A stretch of 64,000 nt of DNA from Nageia nagi (lineage: Eukaryota > Plantae > Pinophyta). Shown piece by piece: positions 38,300-52,940 of this stretch. The DNA lies in contig JBITNC010000002.1 of assembly GCA_050084985.1 (NCBI GenBank), forward strand, positions 1,674,001 to 1,738,000, given 5' to 3'. The stretch's first letter is position 1, and each line of letters opens with the position of its first letter. The notes beneath the pieces are model-generated. The model did not search any database, had not been told where the DNA came from, and worked only from the letters and a program-made list of their open reading frames with translations. Both the position numbers and the translations under genes were made by a program.

Positions 38300-41200
38300 A
38301 GTATGCATGAGGATGCATTGACTTGAGGGGTGCATAAGGGGTGTCAACATAAGAACTATATCATGAGTAGTATGCATGAGGGATGCATTAACTTGATTCA
38401 TGGAATTTGCATTTTTAAGGAAAATAGCCAAGATTTGTATCATTAAAATATTATACCTGAAAGGAATGGAGGAAAGCACATTCCACACCAAGATCTAAAG
38501 TTGAGAAGAAATTCACTGAGAACAAAATTATGATGCTTGCATTATGCAAAATGAGAAGAGAGCACCAAATATATAGGAATGGTGCATAAAATACATGAGA
38601 AGATTCATAACAATAATTTGTTAGAATCTATAGCAACCAAAAAATGGATAAAACTACGAAAAGATAAGGAAAAATAAGAAATCCCTAATTCTTTCTAGTG
38701 AGACTTAAATAAATATTATACCTAAGGATAATATACTCTAGCATCCCCCCTTAAGTGATACTAGGAAGGAGTGTGGACACCAAAAATTTGAGTCCCGATA
38801 ACAGGGCCTGACAAGGTACTCATATACAATGGCTATCACAAAAAAAAAGATCTCCTTTAGATGATGAAAAAATACATGAGAAAAAATCATCTACTAGAAG
38901 AGAAAGGAAGGAGTCCTATCAACATCCCCCAAGGATAACTTCACCCTTAGCAAGCCATTCAACTCAAGGAAATGAGGTGTACAAAAGGTTTAGTGAAGAT
39001 GTCTGCAACATACTACTGATTAGGAAGATATTCCAAGCTAAGAATGCCATCCTAGATGTGTTAACAGATAAAATGCATGAACCTGTATGTGCTTGATGCA
39101 ATGATGCTCAACAAGATTATGAGAAATATGAATGATACTTTGGTTATCACACCAAATAATTGTATCTTGATCTTGGGGAAAACCAAACTCCTCCAACAAA
39201 TGTTGAATTCAAATTACCTCTTAACTCATAGTAATAGTTTCCCTATACTCTACCTCAATGAATGAAAGTGCAATAGCCTATTGCTTCTTACATGATCAAT
39301 CAATAGGAGAAGTGATAATACAAAATATAGAGTCATAGGTAGAATGATGATTATTAAAGGAACCATCCCAATTTGAATCAGTGTAGTAAACCAACATTGG
39401 ATCACCTCTAGTTTAATACAAAATAAAGTGTGTAGCGCCCCTCACATAGCAAAGAATTCGCTTGACTACCTTCCAATGAGTCTCATGAGGGTTTGTGCAA
39501 ACTAAGAAATAAGCCCAACTAGTTAGGAGATATCAAGATGAGTATGTGTGAGGTACAAAAGCCTTTCAACCAATTGACGTACAATGTAGCATCACACAAT
39601 GGTGAGATTCAAGAAGAATTCAGAGTAACCCCACTCTGAAAAGGTATCAAACAAGGATTGCAATCTACCATCCTAAACTAGAAGAAGATCCAAGGCATAC
39701 TTCTATTTAGAGAGTGAAATACATAAATCAGTTTGAATGAGCTGAAATTCAAGAAAGTAATGAGAGAGTCCAAGCTATGTCATCTCAAAGAGATTAGAGA
39801 GAGATTATTGTACAAATTGAATGTGAGTAGTGGAGCTACCAGTGAGAAACAAATCATCAATATACAAAACTAAAATGGTGATGTCCTCACACTCTTGCAA
39901 AATATAGATTGTAGGATTTAACTAACACTGCATAAAATCAATTAAGAGGTGAAAGGAATATGTCTTCTTATACCAATCTTGAGGTGCTTACTTGAGGCCA
40001 TGGAGAGACTTCCTAAAATAATAAATAAGTGAAGGATCTTGTAAAAAACTAACAGGTTGCTTCATATAAATTTCTTCCTGTAAATCTCCTTATAAGAAAG
40101 CACTCTTCACATCCATCTAAAAAATTGACCAATTATGTGATGCAGCAAGAGAAAGTACAAGATGAACAGAATCCATCTTAGTGATAGGGACAAAGGTCTT
40201 AGAGTATTCAATACCTTCAACCTATGAAAATCGCTTCACAACAAGATGAGGATTGTACTTATCTACAGAATCATCAGTTGCATATTTGGTTTGGTACACC
40301 CATTTATATCAAATCAACTTCCTCCATTTAGGAAGAGGAACAAGCTCCCAAGTCTTATTCTTTAACAAAGAAGAATACTCTACTGCCAAAGCATCATCCC
40401 ACTTTGGACATTCATGAGCCTCTAAAAATATTTAAGGATCACTAGAAACTATTTGACCAACTAGTCCAGAACTAGTAGAATGACAATGAGAGAGAGGAAG
40501 ATCCTAAATGAAAGGTGCTTCCTCCTCAATTATAGTACGATCCCATATAGGAAAGGTAGGTGAAGTGAAGAAACAACATTAGGAGGATCAACTAAAATGA
40601 CCACAACATTTGGCATATTTGGAGTGATGAAGAAGGAGAGGAAGTAATAGGAGAAGTAAGAGTAGGAAATCGCTCATCAAACTGAACATGAGTGAGAAAG
40701 AAAACATCATGTGTGTCAGGATCTAGTAATCGATAAGCCATCATCTATGTCAAGATCTAGTAATCAATAAGCCTTCATGTCCTTACTATAACCAAGAAAT
40801 ATGAGTGGCTTACTCTTCCTATCCAAATCCTTACATTGTTTCTTCAAAATATGAGCCCAAGCCTAACTACAAAAGACCTTGAAGAGATACATATTTGGAT
40901 TGATTCCAGTACAAGCCTCTTCAAGAGTCATATATCTAAGTGCATGATGTAAAGTATAATTTTGGATGTAATTTGCATAATTAACTACCTCTTCTCAAAA
41001 TATGGGAGGTAAATCCTGAGAGTGCCTCATGTAGTTAGCCATCTCCTTCAATGTTTTGTTCTTTCTTTTTGCAACCCCATTTTGTTATGGAGTATGAAGG
41101 ATTGAATGTTGATGAATGATGCCATATGATGTAAGAAAATTAGAGAACTCTTTGTTGAAGTATTCCCCCCTCCCATTATATGTGTGAAGCTTCTTAATGC

Positions 41201-42760
41201 AAATGGAAGCTTAATTCTTGACCAAAGCCTTAAATACTTTGAAATGAGTAGAGATCTCACTCTTGTAATTGAGAAAGTATACCCAAGTATGTATCAAGAA
41301 TTCATTAATGAATGTTAGTGTGTATCCAGCTTCAATGAAAGATAGATGAGGAAAGATCATCAAGTCACTATGAATAAGCTCTAAAGGTGAAGATACATAA
41401 TACAATTTCCTATGGGAAATGGGTCTTAATATTATTTATTAAGAGTACAATTAGGATAAACACCATCAATAGAATAAAATATTGGAAAATGATTCACAAT
41501 CTCATGAGTGTGAAACTACTACAAATATCGATAGTTGACATACCTAAATCTCTCATGCTAAAGTTTGCTCATAGAATATGCATGAGAAATAAACCTAGTA
41601 CCAAAAGCAGAATTATCAATGCTCTCCAAATGATATATTCTCAAAGAGTTATCAACAACAACCCATGAAATCAGTCACTATGGCTCTAGCAAAATACGAA
41701 TCTAAAATCTTTAAGGTATGAACAAAATAGTTCACCTAGTACAAGAATTACAAATCTGATACACATAAAGTAGGTTGGTGATAATATAAAGAACATACAA
41801 TACATCATTTATGTGACCACCATTAAGAAGAATTTCCCCCTTCCCCTTAATTAAAATGAAAGAGGAATCACCAACTTCAATCCAAGAAATAGAACAAGAA
41901 CCAAGAGATGCAAAAAAACTTCTTTAAAGACGTCATATGGTGAGTAGCACTTGAATCCATAACCCAAATCTCTTAATTTCAATATGTCTAACCATAAACA
42001 TCCAAAGCCTTACCTGATTCATTGGAATCATCATTTTCCTTTTTCTATTATTTCTCAATTAAGTGACCAAGTTTCCCACAATAAGTACAACTAAGCATGT
42101 CCTTCTTCTTGGAAGGATAATTGTAATTAGGTTTGGAGTCCTTAGGTTTAGGAGCTAATTATGAAGGTGGAGTGGTCTTAGGCTTAGGCTTGGACTTCCC
42201 TTTATGTTTAGAATGTGATGTTGTCAATGCCTTAGAAGAATATGAAGAAGCCTCAAGAGTGGGGATGTTGGTCTCCTCCTTCATAAGACATTCACAAATC
42301 TCTTCCAAACTAGGTATTTTAAAAGTATCATCCATTGCATCTATAGTGGAGAGGAATGTAGAAGCAAAAATATGAAAGGGACCTTTCAATTTTGATAATA
42401 TCAAGAATATACATTTATCTTCTTTCTTGTATTTACCACCACCCTTGAATTGAACATAAAGCTCTTTAAATTTAGTGAGAAAATCGACCATGGTAAGAAA
42501 TTCATCAGGGTATAAAGACATAAGTTATGCTTCAATTTGCATTGCCTTCATTTTATTAACTTTGCCAAATAATGCTTTAAGTTTATCCCATGCTTCATGT
42601 GGAGTAGTAACATTATCAAAATAAACCATAAACTCTCACTAATATTTGATTTAAGCAACCCAAATGCTTCACCAAGTGCTTTTGTGAAAGACCAATTTTC
42701 ATAATTTATCTTGAATGTGATTTTTTACTCCTTTATGTGTGTGTTTAATCCTCTTTGTGG
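38300..42760 (-). mobile_element. Degenerate Ty1/Copia element; 5' LTR not found, left boundary approximate
   Basis: PPT at 38744-38755 next to an LTR-like CA end at 38743. RNase H ADIFTKP, RT relics, integrase LELIHSDL, protease IWVMDSSATHHM (about 41935-41970), Zn knuckle CTYCGKLGH, gag 42159-42521. Confidence 0.8.
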
Positions 42761-44899
42761 TGTTAACATGTGTGGTTTATGTTAACACCCAAAATTTTGC
42801 AAACTTGCAAGGGAGCAAAATTTTGATCAAATAGGATCCTGTATCCCACATAATCAAGTTCAAAATTAAAAACTTGAATTTTGATATTTTTTTGAAGTAT
42901 TTTTGCTTTAGTCGGATCCTGGGAGCCTTTAACAATGTTATCAACCTATAGGATCTGACTAATTGGTTTTCAGTTCTTTTGTTTTCCTTTAATGAGATCA
43001 ATCCTCAACTTGACATCATTTTCATTAACCTCCTCAACCCAACTATCCATTTACCTTTAGTTGGATCTAAATGTTTATAGACCTCATACCAAATTTTTTC
43101 ATCATTATTATATTTCATTTGACTAGTTATCTTTTCCTTGAGTTACATCCTCCAAGTAGTTAATGACAAGGAAAGTCTTTCTTCATCAATGCTCCCAATC
43201 CAACTAACTATTTCCAATTGGTCAGATCTAAAACTTGAGTGACCCGTTATAGCCAAGTTATTATCATTAGCCTCTTTCACCCAACCAACACTTAGATTTG
43301 TATTTGAACCCATGACATTGTTGATTATCATGCTTTAAGTTTATTTTTATTGAAGAGCTCCATTTGATGAATGTTTCCTTTTGGTCTGATGAAGTGACCT
43401 ATTAACAATAACCTCTTATCATTTTTTCATCATCCTTCTCTACCTGACCAACATTCTGAATCCCTCATTCAATGTGACTGTACCTTCACTCAATGCATGT
43501 ACCCAATTAAATATCAACCATTCATTTGTTGATATATGGTCCATATAATACATGACACATGCCCCAATAATACCCTAGCACACCTATCAATATTAGATCC
43601 CTCTTGGTGGCACTATAGCAAGTTAGATCAAAGTGGAAGATGAGGTGATAGAGGTTTAGGAGTTTTCAAGAAAAGTGATACTAAATTTTCTAACTACCTC
43701 ATCACTCTTGTGCATCTAACCAACATGAAGGTAAAACCTTGAATTATATTCACAAGACCAAAAATGACACATGGAAAGACCTCTTGTTATCTCTCATCCC
43801 ATTTCGACTAATAAACTATTGATCATAGGTACCAAAGTTAGTTCGAAGGTGAAAGATTTGAACAACAATCATCCAAATAGGTAAACTTTTCTATGTCTTT
43901 TGAGTTCAAATCTAATAGGACATTGAAAAAGTTCTATTGAAAAAAGTGCAATAAAGCATTCAACCTGACCAATGGAAAATTGCTAGTCCTAAGGTTAGAT
44001 AAAAGAGAAGATTGATGACTTATTAAGCAAAGTAAGTTGAAAAGCCTTTAAGATCGACCAAAAAGGAATATGGTTAGAGAAAAGAGCAAACAAATGAAAA
44101 TAAGAAGAGAGATTTTTTGATAATCCTCCCAGCCTAACCAAGTAAAAAATCGCCTAAGTCATGAGGTTGGATCATCAAGAAGGGTGACTAAAAATTAGCA
44201 AATGTTTATCAAAAGCATCCCAAATCTTACATGATTAAAAATAATTTATATATTGATGGTTGCAATAAATATTACATTGAAAATAACAAAAAGGGATCTT
44301 AGTTAAATACATTCTTGGCTCGATCCATTTGAAAATCAAGTAAAGTATTTTTAGGTAAGATATTTGAGACCTATGATGACTAAATCCTTCCAAATATCAT
44401 AAAGCCTTTTAATCTAATAAAAGAAAGAGTGCATTATGCTAAGTATTGAGTTAGGAGATTGATGAAGGTGACAATGACAAAGATCACCAAAACTAGTCAT
44501 CAAGTCTTTTAGTCCGACCAAGAGGGAACATTGATTAGGATGTTAATATCGAAGATTAAAATGTTTCTTTAATATCAAAATTTCTAACTAAAGTTCTTAT
44601 TTTGTAGGATGAATACATAGAAGGAGAAGATCACAAACAAGCTTACAAAGACTTCTCTCATCGAATTACATGAGGGGAGCAAACCCCATGATGTTATTTT
44701 TCATGATGGGCTTAAATACATTAAAGACACATAATGGAGTGATAATGATCCTTAGAAAATGAGTGATGATGTTGATAAATTGACAAAGGAGAAAAAGATG
44801 AATGATGTCATCTATTCTTTTAGTCTTTTCAAAGTCATTGTGTTCTTATTCATAGTACATTTTCCAAAGCTCACATTAGCCATGTTAGAACATTTGGAT

Positions 44900-47023
44900 T
44901 GTGACGTCCCCCTTTTCTTCTAAACATTTAGTTGTGGGGTCCAAAAGTATCCAACTATAATATACTCTTTTCATGTATTGTTCTTTATATTTTTTACTCA
45001 AGATAGAGACTTAATGGGCCAATGGACCCCACTATGAGCCCCAAGTGGGATGTATACCTCCTAAGTATTAGATTAGGTATTTATTGTATTAGAGATCTTG
45101 GATTATGGGAATCTTGAGATGTATATATGCATTAGAATGAAGTATAACCACCTGCATGCTAGCATCAGGATAAGGAGGGCCCCACAACCCCATGTTGGCT
45201 TAAGAAGGCTCCAAGAACCCCATGTTGGTACTTGATGATCATAGGCCCCTCATGTGGCATGTATAACCTTTAGGCACCCATGTTAGTTAAGCTGGGGCCC
45301 CCAAGAGCCCAACGTTGGATTAGATGAGCCTAAGATGACTCCTAGGTGAGATCTAGATAAAAGATAATGTATAAATAAACACTAGAGCTTGATTACTAGA
45401 CATGCTTGATTATTATTATTATTATTCTACAGTCCATTGGATAGCAATTCTTAGTGGTACTAATCATCTCTTCCTAGATAGAGCATCTAAATGGTAGTCA
45501 AGCTGAGGGATCCTATATTTCTAAGGCATTGGTGGAGCACCTTTTCCCATTCAGTGAACTTTTGAGGGTTTACTTATACCATTTGGTTGATCATCCAAAA
45601 TTTGAGGAGGGTCCCTTCAATGGAGAGGATTCATGATCTAAGGGATTAGATCTATCCCATGGTTTTGTGGTTCATGCAATAGTTGAGGATGGGTGGGTGC
45701 AAGAAGTTGGATCCACTTTAGGGCCAAAAAGTGGAAGTGTTTTCCTTAATTTTCAAGTTTGGGTATGATTGATCTCAAAAATTAAAGCACTTAGACATGG
45801 AATCATGAAAAAGCACAATTTTATGAAAATGTAATGCTTAGAGTCTAGTTTTCAAATATATAATTTTTTCCAATACCCAGATCATAGAATTTAAAATTCG
45901 ATAGGATGAACAAAACCCACTTTTTTATAAAAATTATTTTTAGACCATACCATGCACGTGTACATCCACCATAATTTGACTAAAATTAAGGTATTTTTTA
46001 AAATCATTTTAGTAAATGATACCTAACACATTGGACCTTTCCTTGGATATTTTTCCATAATTTTTGGACCAATATTTATTTTTTTAATTAGTAAATGATA
46101 TCTAAACTTAATATTTTTTCAAAATTTTTTTATTCTTTTAGAAAATTATATGAATCTTGTCCCTATATAATTTATTTTTCATAACTCCACCAAAAAGAAA
46201 AGCTTATTAAGAAAATACAAGATGCTCATATTTTAAGCATATGGATGACATTTACTAAAAAATAATGAAAAAATATAAAATCTTATCCAATTGCAAAAAA
46301 AAATTATATATTTTAAATCTACCTCTTTAATGTATAATGGTTTTTAATTTCATGAAATAATTCTACCAAAAACTCCATCAAACATATCCATGAAGTTGAT
46401 ATTTTCCATTAAACTTGCCATGAACATATACTTGCAGGTCCAAGGCTAAGTGTTGGTTCACCAAGCCAATTTTTTTAGCCTATATCCAAAATGAAATTGT
46501 AGATTCAAATATTAGAATCCCTATATTAATGAAAATTAAAGTCAGGATCCCTCGACTTCAATTTTTTACTTAGAGGATTTCCCCACTTCCCCTTGAAGTG
46601 GACCCAACTTCTTACTTTCACCTAGATATATATCATTATATTTGGCTTGGCTCTTGAGAAGCCAATGACTTCCCAAGAGGCTTCGTATTGCTTTATACTA
46701 TCCATATCATTAATGTACATGCCATAAGAAATTGGATCTCCTATTGTATTATGTTATCTTGTCTATGCATGTGTTGGATCATTATGGTTATTTATGCTTG
46801 TAATTATCATGCGATGGAGTAGTATTGATTGATTAATTGGATTATGCATGCTTAAGCCAAATGTTGGCATTCTAGCCTTGTGAATGTTTAATATTAATGT
46901 TCTTACCCTAACATTGCATTCTTGAGGATTTGGTTGTGTATTGTGGATGCCCGAGGCCTAACATCAAGGTTTAGGGGTTGCAATTATGCATTTTTTAGTG
47001 GAGGTCCACATGGGATCCTCACA
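44900..47023 (+). mobile_element. Solo LTR related to family A (contains TIR element copy 2)
   Basis: Starts TGTGACGTCCCCCTT (reverse complement of the LTR-A end) and ends GGGATCCTCACA. Perfect TSD TGGAT at 44895-44899 and 47024-47028. Confidence 0.88.
45691..46623. mobile_element. Non-autonomous TIR DNA transposon, copy 2 (933 bp)
   Basis: About 33-bp imperfect TIRs. Flanks GGAT/AGAT (4-bp TSD with one transition). Collinear with 29025-29149 plus 30125-31030. Confidence 0.88.
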
Positions 47024-50000
47024 TGGATACAAAGTAAAGAAAATGCAAAGATTACAGGGGTAAATTCATATCCAATTTTTTCCTTAAGGAAATGGAGTCT
47101 ACTTTCAATTGGTATAACAGAGGAATTATATATAGCAAAGAGTGATCCAAATCCAAATTGGATAAGATACAAAAATTGATCAATTTAGTTAGAGAATTGT
47201 TGAAGCCATAATATCAAGAGTTGGACCATAAGAGGATCATGGCAGCAGATAGAGTGTTGTTTCAATAAAGCACTTGTGTCTTACTGAGCTTATTATGTTG
47301 ATTCATCGACCAAGACACTACTACTCATTTCAAGGAGCTTTTAGGATTTTTATTAAAAATTAGAGAGGGAAGGAGAATAAAGTGGAGCATGGTGATTAGC
47401 AACACATTAATAAAACAAATTTCCTCTATCAAAACAACATTCAAGTTTTATATGAATTCATACTTAGTATATTTATTATTACATGGGAAAAATAAGCCTA
47501 AGGCTATAGGTATTGGAGATTTGATTAGGAAACTAAATATTCCTATTTATGTCATGAATCCCAAATGGGAAGTTAAAAGTAAATGGAATGATGTTTGAAT
47601 GAGGAAAAATAAGTGGGAGTTTATCATTTACAAAGAATTGATTGGGATAGGTTGGATAGAGAGGATTTCAAAGGAATCAAGGAAATCCCTCAAAGGATTG
47701 GTTGAATTCTACTTGGAGGAGAAAGATATTTCTTATATCTGAGTCTATGGAAAAGAATTGTTACCCACAAGAATTCCAAAATACATGACCAATAAGCTCA
47801 TAATATTTGAGGTTATGAGGTAGTTGAAACATTAATATGAGCATATTTTAAGAGAGAAAGTTATAATTATCATACTTCATTTTTGTTTGGGGTATTATGC
47901 ATGTAACACTTGTATAGAGGTAGAAATAATGGCCTTAGAGTTGGATTCTTATAGTTTAGAGAAAATGAATTTTCTAAATAATTATGATGTCAATGGGCTT
48001 ATTGATGCATACTTTAAAGCAAATTTCAAATCATCCCTTCAACATAAATCTTTAGGAAGCATTGAAATATATCATAATATAAGCTCAGATATTGGGATCT
48101 TAGATATAGCCCAAAAAATTAGGCAAGAGAAAGAGTAAGAAAAGATGAAAGAGAAGGTGATCATAATTTCTTCTTCTCTCATTGACTTAGAAACCTTGAG
48201 AAGACCTCCATGCCTCTATAGTGTATAGCACTCCTCAAAGAATCTTTGATCCAGGTAGCTATAGTAGGGATTAATCAATTTGGAACCATGATGGATGTAA
48301 ATGTTATTGATTTATTGCAAAGTACCTATGCTCCTAAGAAATCTCCAAAAGATGGAGGTACCAAGGAGCTGTTGCATGAACTAGAAGAAGCTTTTGAGAT
48401 AATAGAAGTGGATGATCAGGAAGTCTATTATGGTGAAAAGGTGGAAGATGAACCTCAATAATGAAAGTTTCAAAGTCTAGAGAGTCTTATGAAGAGGGAG
48501 TTGATGATGGGGAAGGTAGTGAGAAATTACGAAGCTTGAGTGGATCTTCTTTAAGAAGTAGGAACCAAAATGAGAATGAAAATAGAGATGAATTTATCAA
48601 TTTCATTGATTCTGAAGAAGAAGGTGAGATAGCTCCAAGCCCCCCACATTTAACAAAAAATAATACCAATGCATACATTGGAAAAAGATTCATCCCAAAG
48701 CCACAGTTTGCAACAATCTCATAAATCCACTCCTAAAGGATCTACAAGACATAAGAAGTAAAGTACTTTAGGAGTTTTTATAGGTCCTAGCAATCCAAAA
48801 AAAGGAGATGGATCTGATGATAAGGATGATAGTGATGAGGAAAATCTTGAGAGAATGAAGAAGAGAAAACAACATGAGCATGACCAAGCCTTGAAGAAGT
48901 AGCTCATCCCCATAAGTCCACCATAACAACCCCAAGAAGTTATTAATGGTACATGGTTAGAAGGAGTGGATCATAATGCTTACCTAAAAAATTTGTAATA
49001 CATAACTGGGAGTGAGGATGATTGTGCCAACGGAGATGGTGATGATGAAACTCCTTCAAGAACTCCAAAACTACTCCAAAGCTTTCCTAATATAAGATTT
49101 GTTGGGCATATTTCAATGAATAAAATCTACAATAATAAAAAGAAGCCCAAATATGCAACTACCCTCAAAATCCATACTAATAAACACAATATTGAAAAAA
49201 TTGATGAGGATGGAATGACCTACATGGGGAAATCAGTTATGGACCATATGTAAAAATTAGTAAAATAAAAATAAGTAGAAGGTCAAGGAGTTAGAAGGGA
49301 AACTCAAAGAGGAAAGAGCCAAAGGGAAGCATTAGGAATCTTTGAATTTAGATGAGAATACCTTAAAGATAAATTTTCATAAGGGAAATACATTCACTAG
49401 GAAGGTCCAATCTATCATTACTCAACACATTGGACAACACCTATGACATATTTACATGGTTTTTATACATTAGGAAAGAATTGAAAGATATGAAGAAGAC
49501 CATAGGTGGTAATGAAGAAAATTTGGGAAGCCAATGTTCAATTCGTGTTGAGCTCAAAGAAGTAGTGGGGGAAAATAGTTATTTCCCAAATGAGAATATG
49601 CAATAAATTTATTTTTTATCTTGAGTATTTCCTAATAACTGAAGAAAAATGCAGAGGGATGCTAATCAAATTTGGAGCAATATACAAGAGGTTGAAGGCC
49701 ATCCTATGAACCATGAGTGTTCAATTCTTCGACAAGATCACACTTATGGAGAAGATATAGTTGTAGGCTAGCTTCAAAGTAATGATAGAGACTCAATTAT
49801 TAACTAACAACATCAAAGAAATTTAGGATCAAAGTCTTCTATGATCATATGATGCATTGATGATTTTTTAGCTGAGATTATGTGACCTAATGGATGAAAT
49901 TTGAAAGCTATATCATGAAATAATTATGGATGCTAATGACCTGAATTTACATATGGGTAGATTGACTAAGTTTTCAAGGAAGGACCTCTAAAAGAAGTTG

Positions 50001-52619
50001 GTAGATGCATTGAAGAGAAATTGAATTTTCACCCATATCTCACCCTTTGGATAGGGTAACTAGAGGAATTAGACTTATAGAAAATCTCATTCCACATTTT
50101 AATTTGAAGAAGGCAAGTTGTTGGTTGCTATGTTGAAGTCTCACCCATGTCTCACCCCTTGGATAGGGTTATTTGGAAAGAAAAAAGTACTATTTGACTT
50201 ATTAAAAGTCCCCTTCCATATTTTCACCAAGAAAGGATACATAGCACAATCAAAAAATGAGGACGTATGGCACAAGTAGCAGAATAGGACACATGGAGAA
50301 TCGAGAGGATTTTGAATATGTCAATTTTTTATTTAGTTATCACATTTTGGTTAGATAGGAAATGTGAAGAGTCTCTTGAAGTTAAGGAGACATTTTTGTA
50401 ACTAAAATATGATAATTAAATAGCCAAGTATTTCCACCTCCCTTGATATTATAAAAGGGAGGTGAGGTTATTGTAAAAACTCTCTCTCACTATTGCAAGG
50501 AACTATTGTATTTTTGAATATTGAAGATTAATAAAAAAGACTTGATTGCTCTTATGTTATCATTATGTTGTTATTATTTTTATGTGGATGCTTGATTTAC
50601 CATTTAATCAGTGAACTAATATTACATATGACTATGATAACCTTTTACAAGTTTTGCAAGTGTTGTAGCAAGACTTATGATTGATAGTGAAGACCAATGT
50701 AAGTGAATCAATATTGGTTTTCCTATTAGGTTGATAGGATAAAGACTTTCACTTTTCTTATTAAACTAAGATCAGGGGACATTCTTAACTATTTTCAATT
50801 TCAAGTAAGCATTGCAACTAAAATTATTATAAGCTATTTTCTCTTACCAGGTTATCACTAAGAAAGAATGTTTTTCCAATTAGGAACTACTACAAGAATC
50901 AATTGATTTCAAGTCAGTTGAAGAAGAATTTTGAAGCGTATTTAGTACCCCCTCATTAAAAAGGAGGATTGCATAATCCCTTGATGTTTCATTTCTCTTT
51001 TGTAAGAAAAAGTGATCAACACTTTCCATATGTGATAGTTGTGAGGTGTAAGAGGCTAAATCTTAAATCCTAAATCCATCTCCAAGAGTCACCAAAGCAA
51101 CAAGAAACTAAGCAACACAAGGGTGCACTAAATCAACATCAACACACTCCCCTAAAAAAAGCTTTATATTATTACTTTTCAAGGTAGAAAGGAAAAAATC
51201 AACTGAACCATGATAAAAAGGACTAATTCACAATCATAATATAAAAAGAATTGTGTGAATCGAAGTTCGTATATGAATTATGTAATATTATTTACCTTGC
51301 CAATCAAAAATTAAAATTAAACCCCAAAATACTTTACAATGTGCTAAAAATTAAAATTTAATGCAACTAAAATTATTGTAGAGTCTAATGTGAAAAAATA
51401 GATTCCCTATAAAATAATTACCAAACCCTAATTCAAGGGCGACACTCCGTAAATAAAGAGATCACGTATGCACCACCACATATTTGCAAAGGACTTCATG
51501 AAATAATGATTTACACCATGCGTTTCATGGAACATGTATGTTGGAGTAGTGTGCCCATCGAGAAGCTGCATAAATGCAATACATCATGAGCTAAAATCAT
51601 GCAAGCTACAGAATGCCAATAGATAGGTACGACAAGCAGAAAACTTCAAGAGCAAAGTTCATGAAGGATAAAGCTCATGTTGCATAGATCTGATGAGAGA
51701 TCATAGCACCAAGAGGAGAGACTCTATGGGTGGAGTGTGCGCCTGTTAGTAAGTTGGTCATATGCATAGAGGCCCCACAATGTGAGTTACTAGCTATGGG
51801 AAGGAGCGTAGCCCATATCCACCAGAGAATTTGATGCAAGTGATCTTATAAGGACTACAAGCTACACTAGTGAATGAAATTGGGATGCGCTGAGAATAGA
51901 GATCATGGAAGGTAAATGTGGCACTATGAGATGTCATGTCGACTAGGAGGAAAGCTTGGGAGTCATGTGGAGGAGGTTTCAAGTGCACAAGTCATGGAGG
52001 TATCCGTAGGGTGATCTGTTAGACACCAAAGAAGATCGTATGAAGTGCGCACGGACTATGAGTGCTCACGGAGCGAAGGAGTGGCATTTGGTCCATGCAA
52101 CAAAGGTCTCCACATGGAGGGAGTGCGATGTGATTAGGAAAAGAGGGGATTCTCCAATGTTACAAACCATAGCTATCCTTAAAAAAACATGCAATCCTCT
52201 CAAACTGCTCAGATCTAGTTTACCAAAATTGAGTGGCAGGAATACCAAATCTGAGAGAGAGATCTAGTTCGCCAATGGTTTGGAAGGAAATACTATTTTC
52301 TAGAAAAGAAATTTAAGATACAATTTGGGGATTACATTGTTGAGTATGAGCACATTCATATATTTATTGGAAAGAAAGGAATATAGGGGTATTGGTGAGC
52401 ATATTAAGAATAGATATGGTTTTGATTAAGAGTTGAATAGTTATTGTTGTATACTAACAATGAGAGAGTTGAGTTAAAATTACCAAAGATATTGCATGTT
52501 TGCTATGATTACAAAATAGTGTTGGTAAGTTTATAACTTTTTCTTAAAATAAGCAAGCAAAGAGATTTTTGTTAATTCATTTTTTTATACAAATAACAAA
52601 AATATCTTGAGTTTGCAGT

Positions 52620-52940
52620 TAAAGAAAGATAAAAAATAAATAAATATTATGGATGCATTTAGTTGAAACAAAAAACTATATGTGTAGAATTTTTGCAAAT
52701 GAAAAAATTGATTTAGAAGATGATGAAAATATTATTGAAGATGGTTCTCCTTTGAAGAAAGTAAAGGTCGTTGTTAAAAGATCCTTTAGACCTGTATGAA
52801 AACTTCAACACAATTGATTATATCCAATAATTGATCCACAAGGTGAAGGTTTGTGCTTATAGTATAATTATTGGTAATCTAAGAGCCTTTAGGTAGTAGG
52901 TAACATAACTATATGTGATTATAGCCTTTAGGTAGTAGGC
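52620..52940 (+). repeat. Second, inverted copy of the 37275-37550 repeat
   Basis: Reads EKIDLEDDENIIEDGSPLKKVKVVVKRSFRPV*KLQHN*LYPIIDPQGEG from 52701. Confidence 0.75.

Larger units (their letters stand above)
43500..51021 (+). mobile_element. Old retroelement relic with a degenerate accessory ORF and an LTR-like end; interrupted by a solo LTR
   Basis: Frame FPKLTLAMLEHLD|TK is continuous across the 44900-47023 insertion. Similar to 5500-6820. Ends ...AAAGTGATCAACA near 51021. Boundaries approximate. Confidence 0.4.

Noticed and set aside
42770-43500. Possible Tat/Athila-type integrase tail fragment
   Set aside because: Motifs are too degraded to support a call or boundaries by eye.
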